Shown here: positions 19,922-30,542 of the stretch, one piece after another
Layout of the letters: every line of letters starts with the position of its first letter
How positions within the stretch are numbered: position 1 is the stretch's first letter
Origin: Williopsis jadinii
Lineage: Eukaryota
DNA: 64,000 bases
Assembly: GCA_024346625.1 (NCBI GenBank)
Contig: AP024664.1
Coordinates: forward strand, 2,046,001 to 2,110,000
Reading direction: 5' to 3'
Notes under the pieces: model-generated
Told to the model about the DNA's origin: nothing
The model's database searches: none
The model's input: only the letters and a program-made list of their open reading frames with translations
Translations under genes and position numbers: made by a program

Positions 19922-21643
19922 TCAGAATAAGTTCAATTCGTAGTCATTTTCAGGGATATAACTCACCAAGACGGTTCTTTCATGGTACTTACATCCGTGC
20001 AAACCTTTAACAGCCTTTGTTGCATTGTCTGTGGATTCGAATTTCACAAATATCTTACCAATTGAAGATTGCAAGTTTTTTAAATTCCTCTTGTAGGACT
20101 CATCTGGACGTGGTATTTTCAGAGATACAACCGATCCAAACTTTGAACATTCATGTGCCATATCTTTTGTTACTTGGTCGTATGCCATGTCTTTCTTCAA
20201 CTCTTCTGGATGAACGGCATTCAAGATCACAATAACGTTGGTTTCGACTAGCTGGTGAGAGCTTGCTATTTTCGCTAACGATCTGAAAGTGACCTTTTCA
20301 ACTTGTTCAAGTCCTGCACACGCTTTGATGGAATGAAGAGTTACGTCCCTGATTTGAATCTTATTGATGAGTTCAACAATCTCCCCCACGTCTTTACCAT
20401 CTGGAACCGTTACAAACACAATTCCCAATGAGTTTGAATCGTTATCTTTGATTATTTGTATGTGGCAATTAGGTACCAATGGATCCAAATCGTCCTTCAA
20501 ATCTTCTTCCGTAATATCAGAGGGTACATTAACAATAGCGATCTTATTCGAACAATCGGATAATGGGTCATTTGGAATTCTTTGAGGAGAGATATAAGAT
20601 TGTGGTCTTTCAATGGTTAACGAGAGGTTCAACTCCTTTTGTAAATGATACGACGATGCGTATAGTATTGTAGTCAACTCACTCGTTGAGAGTTGTAATA
20701 TCAAGAACTTGTTTAGGTGGAGTTCATGTTTGACGATCATCGCACCATCAATTGCCAATGAAGAGATGAAAGTTGTCAAACCTTTCACGAGACGTTCAAC
20801 AGGGTACAGTGTAAATTCCACACCAGATATGATTAATTGTTTTGAAAGACGAGAGGATGCAGGGTCAATATTGACCTCGTCGAACAGAATTGACGTGTAG
20901 TTGTTCAAATCACCACTGTTGACCAGTCCTTCAACTTTGGAGATATCGATACGTTGTTTACGACCTTCACCAGGCAATGGGAATAAACCTGAAATCTTTG
21001 CCCTTTCAGCACTGACTTTTTCAAACCCTTTTGGCTTGACATCCCACAATGAGTGTCGCTCCAGTTTGTCGATGCTGGTGGCAGATTCAACTTCTTCTGG
21101 CTTGAAGTTGTACTGGGAGAACTCCAGATGGTCTCTGTGATCTCTGTGATCTCTGTGATCTCTAGGGTCTCTGCGATCTCTGCGATCCCTGTAGTCTCGG
21201 TGGTCTCGGTGGTCTCTACGACCATCCCTGTACGCTCTCCGATCATTATAGTGATCCCTTGAATCCCTCGAGTCCCTGTAATCTCTTGAATCGTAGCCTC
21301 TGGAGCGGTTATCCTCCCTTCCGCCGGAGTTCCTGTACCGTCTATCGTCTCTTCTGTAATCTCTGTAGTTACCACCACCTCTGCCATACTCCCGTCTGTC
21401 AGCATCACGGTCTCTGTAGTCAGAGCCACGAGTATCTCTCACAGAGCTGTAGCCATTGGACTCAGGAGCCCTCCCACCAGCAGTTCTCTCACCGTCCCTC
21501 GACTCTCGGGCCCTATAGCCAGCACCCTCGCCCTGTTCCTGAAGCACTAAATCAACCCACGTTAGTAAACCATCACAACACAAACCGTCAACAAGGTACT
21601 CACACTTCTGCTTAAGAGCCTCCAGCACGTTGTTGTTACTCAT
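19922..21643 (-). CDS. MUD2: U2AF large subunit/Mud2 splicing factor; probable join(21643..21604,21546..19922)
   Basis: RD/RS-rich N-terminus, WDVKPKGFEKVSAERAKISGLFPLPG, RRMs and C-terminal UHM (ECSKFG...KIPRP...GKIFVKF). Divergent from LHS1 as in S. cerevisiae. 57-nt intron GTGAGT...TACTAAC...TAG. Confidence 0.88.
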   Translation of the reverse strand: MSNNNVLEALKQKCEYLVDGLCCDGLLTWVDLVLQEQGEGAGYRARESRDGERTAGGRAPESNGYSSVRDTRGSDYRDRDADRREYGRGGGNYRDYRRDDRRYRNSGGREDNRSRGYDSRDYRDSRDSRDHYNDRRAYRDGRRDHRDHRDYRDRRDRRDPRDHRDHRDHRDHLEFSQYNFKPEEVESATSIDKLERHSLWDVKPKGFEKVSAERAKISGLFPLPGEGRKQRIDISKVEGLVNSGDLNNYTSILFDEVNIDPASSRLSKQLIISGVEFTLYPVERLVKGLTTFISSLAIDGAMIVKHELHLNKFLILQLSTSELTTILYASSYHLQKELNLSLTIERPQSYISPQRIPNDPLSDCSNKIAIVNVPSDITEEDLKDDLDPLVPNCHIQIIKDNDSNSLGIVFVTVPDGKDVGEIVELINKIQIRDVTLHSIKACAGLEQVEKVTFRSLAKIASSHQLVETNVIVILNAVHPEELKKDMAYDQVTKDMAHECSKFGSVVSLKIPRPDESYKRNLKNLQSSIGKIFVKFESTDNATKAVKGLHGCKYHERTVLVSYIPENDYELNLF

Positions 21644-21881
21644 CTTCTCTCCGTAAGTTTGTGTAATTTCCTCTTCCTTCTAGAACTTTCCATCTCATCG
21701 GGAAAAGCTGTGTGTGTGTTTTTTTTTGTGTACACAGTCTTAGGCTTTTGTTTATCGGTACGCTCACTACTTTTGCTATGCGTGCTGTTGGCCGGGTTTC
21801 GGTGAAGTGCCACATCATCACCACCACTTTGCTGGTAAAGGACATAGGAAGAAGGCCAAAGTTTTAACGCCAATTAAGAGA

Positions 21882-24545
21882 ATGAGAGGTGTATCGCTCT
21901 TGTTGTTGATATGCACTGTGACGGTGGCATCGATTCTCGGTATCGATCTCGGCAATGACTTCACCAAGGCTGCTCTGGTTGCCCCAAGAATGCCCTTTGA
22001 GATTGTGATGAGCGCCGATTCCAAGCGTAAGGACGTTTCAGGGTTGGCGTTGAAGCCACTGTTCAACGATGGTATCGAGAGGCTCTACGGCTCTCAGACG
22101 TCGTCTCACTGCACGAGGTTCCCGAAGCAGTGCCTGCTGAATTATAAGCCATTATTGGGCAAACCAGCGGATGACGCTGTTGTCCAGCGCTACTTGAAGT
22201 CACACCCTGGTGTTTCGATCAATCCTTCTCAGAATAACAGAAACACCATCTCGTTTGAAGTCGAGGATCACCAGTATCCAATAGAGGAGGTGTTGGCTAT
22301 GAACTTGGGGAATATCAAAGCAAGGGCTTCCTCTTTGCTCCAGGAAAAGGTGCCAGGTGGGTATTCCCAAATCCAGGACGTTGCCATTGCAGTCCCTTCC
22401 TTCTTCAAACAATCTCAAAGACTGGCTATCTTGGATGCTGCTGAATTAGCAGGACTGAACGTTGTTGCACTGATTGACGATGGTGTTGCTATTGCCACCA
22501 ACTATGCGACCAATAACGAGTTGGCAGACGATACAAAGGAATACCACATCGTTTATGATATGGGCGCTGGCTCTACAAAGGCCACTTTGGTTTCCTTTAC
22601 AAAGCTCAACGATTCAATCCCACTGAGTATTGAAGTCCATGGCTATGCGTTCGATGAAACTCTTGGTGGAGGTTATTTCACCAACGTTGTGGCAGAGTTG
22701 ATCAGATCAAAGTTCTTGAAGAACCATAAACAGATTAGATCTGATAAATTCCAGTCAAATGAACGTTCTGTGGCTAAATTGTTCCAGGCTGCTGAGAAAG
22801 CCAAGCTAGTGTTGAGTGCAAATAACGAGGCTCACGTTTCCATCGAATCCCTCTATGAGGATATCGATTTCAAGACTAAAGTTACCCGTGAAGAGTTTGA
22901 GGACTTTATATCTGATTCGATTCCAAGTATTACACAGCCTTTAAAGGATGTGTTGAAACAAGCAGGTCTCAGCATTAAGGACATGACGTCTGTTATCTAT
23001 GCTGGTGGCTCAACCCGTGTACCATTCGTTCAACGCCATTTGCAGTCTTTTATCGGTGAAGATTTGATTTCAAAGACAATCAATGCAGATGAAGCTGCTG
23101 TGTTTGGTGCTACACTCCGTGGTGTCCAAATCTCCAAGGTGTTTAGAGCAAAGGAATTTAACGTTACAGAGAGATCTCCATATGAATACTCTGTTTCATT
23201 CGATGATGACTCAGAGGTTGTGATCTTCCCACAGGGATCCTCATACGGTCAAGAGTTCACGCTTGATGTGACTGATAAGCTTAGTGATTCGTTTGGCATT
23301 GACTTGATTGAAGATTTAAAGAGAATCGTCAGATATGAACCTGTCGGTAAACTAGCAGATATTGTCGAGAAGCTTAAATTCAACATCAGCGATTGTGCTG
23401 ATGAAGTGAAGTATGTTGCCAACTTTAAGCTATCACAGAGTCGTATAGTTGAACTTGAGTCTTTGAGTGCACAATGTACTGCATCAATGGGATTGTTTGA
23501 AAAGCTCAAGGGAACTTTTGACAGTAACGAAGATATCAAACTCACTTCAAAGATTGCAATCAAGCCAAAGTATCTTTCGTCACGTCCTTTAGGCTCTGCT
23601 ACAAAGCAAGACTTGAAATTACACCTGTTGAACTTGGCAAATGCTGATAAGCAGAGAAAATCAGAGGCTGAGAAGTTGAATGAATTAGAAGCGGCACTGT
23701 ACAGTGCACGTTCCTATTTCACAGATGATGACGTTGTTGAACAGATCGCAGAGGATGTGTTGGACCATGCCAATGCCCTTGTGAGCGATTTGTTGGATTG
23801 GCTAGATTACGAGAGTGACGGTGCCTCTATAAAGACCATAAAGGGTAAACTCAACGAGGTTAAAAAGATTAGAGATGAAATTGAAGGTGAAATTGCCAAA
23901 CTTTCTGTCCCGTTGGATTTAGATGAGTTTAAAAAGGTTTATGACAGAGGTGTTAAGGCTGTGAACAAGTTCCAGGATTCGTTGCTAACTTTGAAGGACA
24001 TCACCATGAACTTATCCGTGGAGTTTGCCAAAATTGGATTGGACTTTGACGAAGAATTCTCAAAGTTGAAACTGCCAGAGCTAATCTCTGAGGACAAGTT
24101 CAACAGGGTCCAGAAGAGCATCGATAGTGCGCTTGAAGAGGTTAAGAATCTCATCGAAAAGGGTGAAAACAAGTTCGAGTCCGTTTCTAGAGATGACAAG
24201 CTCGAGGTTATGATCGAGGCCAATGAAAAGTTGAACGGATTGGAGAAGCTTGAGGAGAACATTGCATCCAAATTTGCGCGTGCTCACAGGGGACTGAAGG
24301 AGATCTACAACAAGAGAATCCGTTCTCTCAAGAGAAAGGCAGCCAAGGAGGAGAAGAAGAGACAAGAGATGGCAGAGGAGGAAGGAAAAGAGGCCTCAAC
24401 GGAGGAAGATGAAGCTGAAGATGACATCGAGGAACAACAACAAGAAGAAGTAATACAGGAAACACCGGTTGATACGCCAATTGACGAGGAAACCACCGAG
24501 ACAGTTTCGAAACAAAAGGAAACCGTTGAGCACGACGAATTGTGA
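21882..24545 (+). CDS. LHS1: ER lumenal Hsp70-family chaperone/nucleotide exchange factor (Grp170)
   Basis: Signal peptide MRGVSLLLLIC, ILGIDLG, YDMGAGSTKA, GGSTRVPFVQ, C-terminal HDEL. Confidence 0.95.
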   Translation: MRGVSLLLLICTVTVASILGIDLGNDFTKAALVAPRMPFEIVMSADSKRKDVSGLALKPLFNDGIERLYGSQTSSHCTRFPKQCLLNYKPLLGKPADDAVVQRYLKSHPGVSINPSQNNRNTISFEVEDHQYPIEEVLAMNLGNIKARASSLLQEKVPGGYSQIQDVAIAVPSFFKQSQRLAILDAAELAGLNVVALIDDGVAIATNYATNNELADDTKEYHIVYDMGAGSTKATLVSFTKLNDSIPLSIEVHGYAFDETLGGGYFTNVVAELIRSKFLKNHKQIRSDKFQSNERSVAKLFQAAEKAKLVLSANNEAHVSIESLYEDIDFKTKVTREEFEDFISDSIPSITQPLKDVLKQAGLSIKDMTSVIYAGGSTRVPFVQRHLQSFIGEDLISKTINADEAAVFGATLRGVQISKVFRAKEFNVTERSPYEYSVSFDDDSEVVIFPQGSSYGQEFTLDVTDKLSDSFGIDLIEDLKRIVRYEPVGKLADIVEKLKFNISDCADEVKYVANFKLSQSRIVELESLSAQCTASMGLFEKLKGTFDSNEDIKLTSKIAIKPKYLSSRPLGSATKQDLKLHLLNLANADKQRKSEAEKLNELEAALYSARSYFTDDDVVEQIAEDVLDHANALVSDLLDWLDYESDGASIKTIKGKLNEVKKIRDEIEGEIAKLSVPLDLDEFKKVYDRGVKAVNKFQDSLLTLKDITMNLSVEFAKIGLDFDEEFSKLKLPELISEDKFNRVQKSIDSALEEVKNLIEKGENKFESVSRDDKLEVMIEANEKLNGLEKLEENIASKFARAHRGLKEIYNKRIRSLKRKAAKEEKKRQEMAEEEGKEASTEEDEAEDDIEEQQQEEVIQETPVDTPIDEETTETVSKQKETVEHDEL

Positions 24546-24804
24546 TTATATATACACTTAGCTGCTATTCCAACTCTATGTATACCCACTTTTATTGGTC
24601 AATATCGACGTAGATGTGCTTGATTGCTCTCGCTGAGGTTTATCCGGTGTTTACTAAGCACGCAGGAGCAAGCTGAGTGTTTATCCGGCATTGGGGGGAG
24701 AAAGCCAATAAGCGAGGGAAATTCCAGCTCTCTCCAAGTTTTAGCTATATGAATGGCCAGCGAGAGAGAGGAACAGGGAGCTTGAGAAGATCCACAGAAG
24801 AACA

Positions 24805-26391
24805 ATGGCAGCTGTGACGTCGCCTGTGAAGTACGTTGGTGTGAACATGGACCATGGGCTGGTCTCCAGAGGGTTGAACATCTTTATTCCATCGGCTTCT
24901 GCTGCACAGAACATACCGATAAGTGCCGTCTTTCTAGCCCACTTCAACGTCCATACTGGTTATGAGTTGAAATGGAGCAAGTCAGTCGATGAGATCTCAC
25001 TGGAGGGTGTGGAGTTTAAAGCATTGCCTTCAGGCTTGCATGAGAGGGAACGAGACGTGATAACATTTGTGCTGCCGGCTAAGGGATCAAAGGGTGTTGA
25101 TGATTTGTTGTATGGAGTATGTGTTTTCCACCAGAACTTGAAAGAGTCAGAGAGCGGTGATAGATCCACTGTTAAGATGTACTCGCTGGGTGTGATTGTT
25201 GATCCCTACAAGCATAGGTCCAACTCGTTGGTGACATCCTCGGGTCCTGCTTGGAAGCCGGCAAACTTCTCATGTGGAGTTGAGCACGTGGAAGAGCTGA
25301 ACCAGCTGTTGGATAACTGGAAGGAAGAAGACGGCTATGACTCGTTTGAGAAGTTCTTTGAGGCCAAATCTGATATCGTCAATGTTATGTCAACACCGTC
25401 ATCACCAAGGGTCCAGAGAATATTGCCGTCGGAGAATGCAAAGGAGGGAAATCACCACTATCTGTTGAAACTGAACTCACTCCTGGAAACATTAGGCCCA
25501 CTGATCTTCAAAGTGTGGAGGTGCTCGCTGCTGAGACAGAGAATCATCTTCTTCGATGCCCCTTCTTTGGAGGAGAGTTGTGCCTTTGCTTATTGTCTCT
25601 CAATACTATCAACAGTTCCACAGGAGCTGAAATCGCTAATCGATGAAACCACGGCGTGTAATCTCCAGTTCAACAGACCAGTATTCTCCGTTGGTGTCAG
25701 TGATATTGATTGGCTTAAGACGTTGGCCTCAAACGAGGATGGCTTCATTGCAGTGTCGTCAGATGAGATTATCATGTTCAAGAACAAGCTCTACGACACA
25801 GCTGTGCAATTGCAGAGGGAAGACGCTTCCAGTCCTGTGATGTTCCAGTCAAAGGCCAAGCTACCTGGTGCAGTCAACGTCCCAGCTCTAAGAGCAACAC
25901 AGAGAGATTTGAAGAGATTCAACGTGCTCGTACGAGAATATGAACTGTATAAGGATAGTGACATCACAGATGATGAATCATCGCTGGATTGGTGGGCTCA
26001 GGTAACTGAGCCACTTTCATGGAGGTATCTGGCATGGTCTGGCTTCTACTGGTGGGCCTCAGCGGGTGAGAAGGAGCTCATGGACGATGAGACTTACTCT
26101 GAAGGGATTGCTGGTTATAGTGAGATTGGCGAGAACGGTAATGAGAGGCTATTATCAATAGTGGGCTATTTCCAAAGCCTTACAAAGAGAATATTTAGAA
26201 CCGTTAAGGATATTGTCGGGGACTTGGACGTTAATGAGCCGATAGTGGTGGAATACTCTGACCTGGTTGAAATGGGATTGGATCCTTACTCCACGGACGA
26301 CATTGAATTCGTCATTGAATTCATCAAGCTATGGTGGAACCGAGATGCCAAAGTCGGAAGCTCACTGGGTAACCTGTGTTGTTTTATGTAA
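24805..26391 (+). CDS. DENN-related protein, Anr2/YKL047W-like
   Basis: VFLAHFNVHTGYELKW, GVEFKALPSGLH, LGPLIFKVWRCSLLRQRI; convergent with DCW1 as in S. cerevisiae. Confidence 0.7.
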   Translation: MAAVTSPVKYVGVNMDHGLVSRGLNIFIPSASAAQNIPISAVFLAHFNVHTGYELKWSKSVDEISLEGVEFKALPSGLHERERDVITFVLPAKGSKGVDDLLYGVCVFHQNLKESESGDRSTVKMYSLGVIVDPYKHRSNSLVTSSGPAWKPANFSCGVEHVEELNQLLDNWKEEDGYDSFEKFFEAKSDIVNVMSTPSSPRVQRILPSENAKEGNHHYLLKLNSLLETLGPLIFKVWRCSLLRQRIIFFDAPSLEESCAFAYCLSILSTVPQELKSLIDETTACNLQFNRPVFSVGVSDIDWLKTLASNEDGFIAVSSDEIIMFKNKLYDTAVQLQREDASSPVMFQSKAKLPGAVNVPALRATQRDLKRFNVLVREYELYKDSDITDDESSLDWWAQVTEPLSWRYLAWSGFYWWASAGEKELMDDETYSEGIAGYSEIGENGNERLLSIVGYFQSLTKRIFRTVKDIVGDLDVNEPIVVEYSDLVEMGLDPYSTDDIEFVIEFIKLWWNRDAKVGSSLGNLCCFM

Positions 26392-26532
26392 CCTCTACAC
26401 TATAAGTCGTTTCACCTCCCATTCTGGTCCAGATATATTTTCATAATATAGTAATTTGCAAGTAGTTACTTGCATAAACAGAGAACAAACAAACAAAGCA
26501 AAGTCATAGTATAATTGAACAAGATTGAATCA

Positions 26533-27879
26533 TCATAGCACAGTCCAAGCAAATGCTCCGACAATTGTCGCACCGACAACAACGGTGATGATTGCAGCAC
26601 CAGCTTCATCACCCTTGTCAATTGTCAGTGGACTTAGATTGGTTTGACTCTGTTGCGTACCAGCAGCCCCATCACCTTGTGACGTACCACAGGTGGAGTT
26701 AGTACATGGAGCAGGTCTGTCCCTAATTCTCAAATTTTGCATCACTTCAAGAGCAGACATCTGTTCACCCAGTCCATAGTACCCGTCCCAGCCTGAATAC
26801 CACCAGTTGAGTCCACACGTGTGGCCATCTGTACCACCAGAGCACGAGTTGGAGGCTGCTCTTGCAGAGGCGTCCAGTAAGCTGTAGATGTCGTCATAAG
26901 TCTCTGGAACCATGTATGCGGTCAAGCCCAAGAATCTAGAGAAATAAGCCTTGAACGATCTTTGATCGTTATTACAGTTGTTACTGCCTTGACACGCAGC
27001 TTCATAGAGAACCGAGTCGTTGAAGAATACCGTGGAGCTTCTCAAATAGTCGAGTGTTCTTGTTCTCCACTTCTCCTCCTCAGTGAAGTTGTACAAGTAA
27101 GCAGAGCCTGACATCATGAGACCTTGGTTATAAGTCCACTGGAGCTTCGTGATCGCCGTACAGTTATCGTCAATGTTCGCACCATCATAGACAAAGTACC
27201 AGTCGCTCTCATGGATGAGACCTGTGTCGTACATCCAATCGTGCACCTTGTCACACCAGTCAACGTATGAAGTGTTCCCGGTGTATCTGGCCAATCTGGC
27301 ACCAATGTGGAAGAGACAGCCGTTGGAGACGGAGTTCTTGTAGTCGTAACCAGAGTTCCATTCAAAGATCTGCCATCTTAGACCACCTCCACAGTGATCA
27401 GGGTCCCATCTCAATGCCATTGTGTTGAACACAGCCTGTGCTAGATATAACCACTGTGGCTGGTCATCTGGAGGATTTGGAAAGTTTCTCTCGGCAGCAG
27501 CCATGACTGCAATGCCCCAGAACCCTTGATCATCGTTACCTTCTGTCGTGGACTGGTTCAACGGCACGTAGTTCCAATCATCCCCAACCTGTGCTAAGAG
27601 TGCCTCATACGTTTGGTTCAAGTATGTATCGTTTTCCATGTAGTACCAGTAGTCGATCATGGAGCCCCAGGCACCACCAGCCTCCCACCAGTAGTATGGG
27701 TTCGAGAACATACCAATGGTCTGGCCGTACTCATCACCGGTGTAGTAGTCCATTAGACCATCTGCGATCAACGACGTAACGTTCTTCAAACTGTCCAGTT
27801 CATCCGGGTATAGCCAAATGGCGCTCGCTAGGTGAATCACCGATGACACCTCCAGCAGAAAACGGCTTGATGGCTTCAT
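26533..27879 (-). CDS. DCW1: GH76 mannan endo-1,6-alpha-mannosidase/GPI-protein transglycosylase
   Basis: PYYWWEAGGAWG, TEGNDDQGFWG, CGGGLRWQI, NDQRSFK; signal peptide and GPI-type hydrophobic C-terminus. DCW1 rather than DFG5 is chosen on gene order. Confidence 0.88.
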   Translation of the reverse strand: MKPSSRFLLEVSSVIHLASAIWLYPDELDSLKNVTSLIADGLMDYYTGDEYGQTIGMFSNPYYWWEAGGAWGSMIDYWYYMENDTYLNQTYEALLAQVGDDWNYVPLNQSTTEGNDDQGFWGIAVMAAAERNFPNPPDDQPQWLYLAQAVFNTMALRWDPDHCGGGLRWQIFEWNSGYDYKNSVSNGCLFHIGARLARYTGNTSYVDWCDKVHDWMYDTGLIHESDWYFVYDGANIDDNCTAITKLQWTYNQGLMMSGSAYLYNFTEEEKWRTRTLDYLRSSTVFFNDSVLYEAACQGSNNCNNDQRSFKAYFSRFLGLTAYMVPETYDDIYSLLDASARAASNSCSGGTDGHTCGLNWWYSGWDGYYGLGEQMSALEVMQNLRIRDRPAPCTNSTCGTSQGDGAAGTQQSQTNLSPLTIDKGDEAGAAIITVVVGATIVGAFAWTVL

Positions 27880-28402
27880 AACTGTCTGTCCTGGGAAGCC
27901 TGGCTGGTTGTGTAATGCAAGAAGCTTCGTTGGCGACTGTGCAAGTATGCAAAGGTAAGATAAATAAGCCTAAGAAGGGACTTTTGGTGATGAATTTCAC
28001 TAACTTTGTAGGCCTTTGGGCTGAGCCAAGGAGGAAACCGGTGGGATTAAACCGACAAAAAGCAAAAGAAAAGGGAAAAAAAACTATCTTTGGTGTTTTT
28101 TTCGCTCCGTAACCACGGTTACATGTCCTGTTTCTGCGGGCCTCCGCTGTCTTGCGCCATTTTGCTCTTCCGCGACTGCCAGAAACGGAGAGAATTGTCG
28201 GTGTCGCACGTGGAATCTATTTTCATTACCTGATTTGTCGAACATGTCAAGTGTGGCTAGTGGAAAATGGCTTGCGCAAACAGCCGGATTAGGCAGTAAA
28301 GCGAAACACCCAGACACCACATAGTATAACCTCATCGTACAACTTTGCCTATAGAACACATTCATTGAATCAAGAGGAAGACAAAGGAGGAGAGGCAAAC
28401 CA

Positions 28403-29242
28403 ATGTCAGAGCGTAAAGTGATCAACAAGTACTATCCACCGGACTTTGATCCCTCAAAGATCATCAAGAAGAGGAAGAAGGTGAAAACCGGCTCTGCAAG
28501 CCTGCCGACGGTACGGTTCATGACACCGTACTCTTTGAGATGCGATAACTGTGGTGAATACACTTCAAAGGCGAGGAAGTTCAATGCGCGTAAGGAGAAC
28601 ACAGAGGAGACGTACCTTGGGCTCAAGACAGTCAAGCTGCACATCAAGTGTCCCAGATGTGCCAGTGAAATAATCTTCCAAACTGACCCGAAGAGTGCTG
28701 ATTATGTCTTGATCTTTGGAGCAAAGAAGCTGTATGACTCTGGCAATACAAACCAGAAACTACAAGACGAGACCCTCGAGGAGACATTGTCAAGGCTGGA
28801 GAAGGAGGAGCAAGAGGAGGCAAAGCTGAAAGAGGGCAAGACTGGTAATAAGACGACGACAGTGGAGGAACTCGAAGCCAAGTTGAATGCACTTCGAAGA
28901 GAACAGGAGATGAACGAGGAATTGGATGAGATTCAACAGAAGAATGTTAGGTTACAGGAGAAGTCTCAGACCATCGTGAAGAGCCAGAAGGAGCAACAGT
29001 TGGCCAAACAGAAAATGCAGGAAGAAGAAGATGAGAAGATCGCACAGGATGCATTTTCATCTAAACGTCAGACGGAGCTGATGAATATCTACAAGAGTTC
29101 CGATGACGAATCCAATGATGACTCCAGTGATGAATCTGATTATGATCAGCCTATAAATAACCTCATCAAGAGACCTACTTCTAAAGTGGTTTTAAAGAGA
29201 AAGGTAAACACTCTGGGCGTGTCAACCAAGAGAAGGAAGTAG
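28403..29242 (+). CDS. YJU2: Splicing factor Yju2/Cwc16
   Basis: MSERKVINKYYPPDFDP, CDNC...CPRC zinc site, FNARKE, FQTDPK. Confidence 0.95.
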   Translation: MSERKVINKYYPPDFDPSKIIKKRKKVKTGSASLPTVRFMTPYSLRCDNCGEYTSKARKFNARKENTEETYLGLKTVKLHIKCPRCASEIIFQTDPKSADYVLIFGAKKLYDSGNTNQKLQDETLEETLSRLEKEEQEEAKLKEGKTGNKTTTVEELEAKLNALRREQEMNEELDEIQQKNVRLQEKSQTIVKSQKEQQLAKQKMQEEEDEKIAQDAFSSKRQTELMNIYKSSDDESNDDSSDESDYDQPINNLIKRPTSKVVLKRKVNTLGVSTKRRK

Positions 29243-29252
29243 GCATAGGTGG

Positions 29253-30386
29253 TCAATTCAAATGACACCATTCTCTTCCATGATCCACTTGGTAATGACA
29301 GAGGCTCGGTTCAATCCACATTCCTAGAAGAGCTGCCACTACAATACCACCCGAATCGCTCAAAGAAGTTGCACCGAGAGAGAACTCACGCTCATCATCA
29401 GATATTGTTTCAAGTACAAGCATGAACGTATTCACATACGACGCACCTCCCAATAATCCTTCATAAAACACGATCATCATAATGATGTAGATGTTTGGAA
29501 TGAAATAAAGAATTGATTGCAACAGTAGCACCACCACATTCACCCACTGTAGGATGGAAGGAACGTATAGTTTACGTATCCGAACAAATGATGCTGATGA
29601 TCTCGAGATGAAAACACCCAGCTGGTACAGAGTGCCATAGGTCACATACATGTCCCTATACTTGTGGAATGGAGTAGACTCTATAGGGAATAACAGAGTT
29701 GGTGCTATTGATTGATTTATGAGATACTCTGCGAGGTACACAGTAAAGAGTGGGCCCATAAAGGGAACACATAAGGGCCTCAACCTTTCCAGCGTGTGTG
29801 TAATGTGTGTTTTCAACTCACTTGGTTGTGTGGTGAGCTCAATTGACTGTAGTGGAGAGTATGATGATGTCCTTGGTAATCTAAAGTAGTAGAGAAACCC
29901 TAGTGGACAGAGAGTAAACATCAAAAGTGATAGCTTCACATCAATTTTCAGCACCGTTGTGAGCAGCAAGAAGACTCCACTGCCAATGAGACCGGCTCCA
30001 CCAGTGCCAGAGCTCCAACCTTGCAAGCTCGTCTCTTCGAAGAAGTGTGTCAGTTGAAGGAATGTCAGCTCTCCAAGCCCTGAGCTTATGGATGCCAAAA
30101 TGATCCCGAAGATCTTCCATCCAATCGCCCCAAACGTCACGAGCAGCATTCCAATAACACTCAGGAAGATCAGCATCACAATCCTGGTATTGTAGGGGAT
30201 AAAATGGATGAAGAATGGAGCCGATAGCTTCATGGTGAAGGAAGGCAAGACATCTGCCAGCAGCACGGTTGCCTTGGGAACAAAGGGCCCAACAAGGTCA
30301 ACAGCAGCACTCAATATCACCACATATAGGACGTTGTTGATGAGACCAAAGATCCAGAAAGATATGAATATTTGTTTCGAATCCAT
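29253..30386 (-). CDS. BTN1: Battenin-family vacuolar membrane protein
   Basis: FWIFGLINNVLYVVILSAAVDL, WSSGTGGAG, YQLGVFISRSS, YEGLLGGASYVNT. Confidence 0.95.
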   Translation of the reverse strand: MDSKQIFISFWIFGLINNVLYVVILSAAVDLVGPFVPKATVLLADVLPSFTMKLSAPFFIHFIPYNTRIVMLIFLSVIGMLLVTFGAIGWKIFGIILASISSGLGELTFLQLTHFFEETSLQGWSSGTGGAGLIGSGVFLLLTTVLKIDVKLSLLMFTLCPLGFLYYFRLPRTSSYSPLQSIELTTQPSELKTHITHTLERLRPLCVPFMGPLFTVYLAEYLINQSIAPTLLFPIESTPFHKYRDMYVTYGTLYQLGVFISRSSASFVRIRKLYVPSILQWVNVVVLLLQSILYFIPNIYIIMMIVFYEGLLGGASYVNTFMLVLETISDDEREFSLGATSLSDSGGIVVAALLGMWIEPSLCHYQVDHGREWCHLN

Positions 30387-30542
30387 TGATTTTGATCATG
30401 TAATGGAGCAAGTTGATGCTTTCCACCGCATCGGACGGATTACGTGACACCTTGACCATTTTTTCCTGCGGCATAAGGCTGTGTTCTTTACAACGTATTT
30501 TAACTGCGTTCATATATATACGCGTATACACAACTAAGCCAA

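Noticed and set aside
21805..21817. GCCACATCA as an unfolded-protein-response element upstream of LHS1
   Set aside because: One mismatch to CCACGTCA and a single copy; not supportable.
21807..21881. Extended ORF-track starts at GTG/TTG (LHS1 'MPHHHHH', SAM37, SEN15, CLN3, YNR1, YNI1, monooxygenase)
   Set aside because: Artefact of allowing bacterial start codons; the first ATG gives the expected N-termini.
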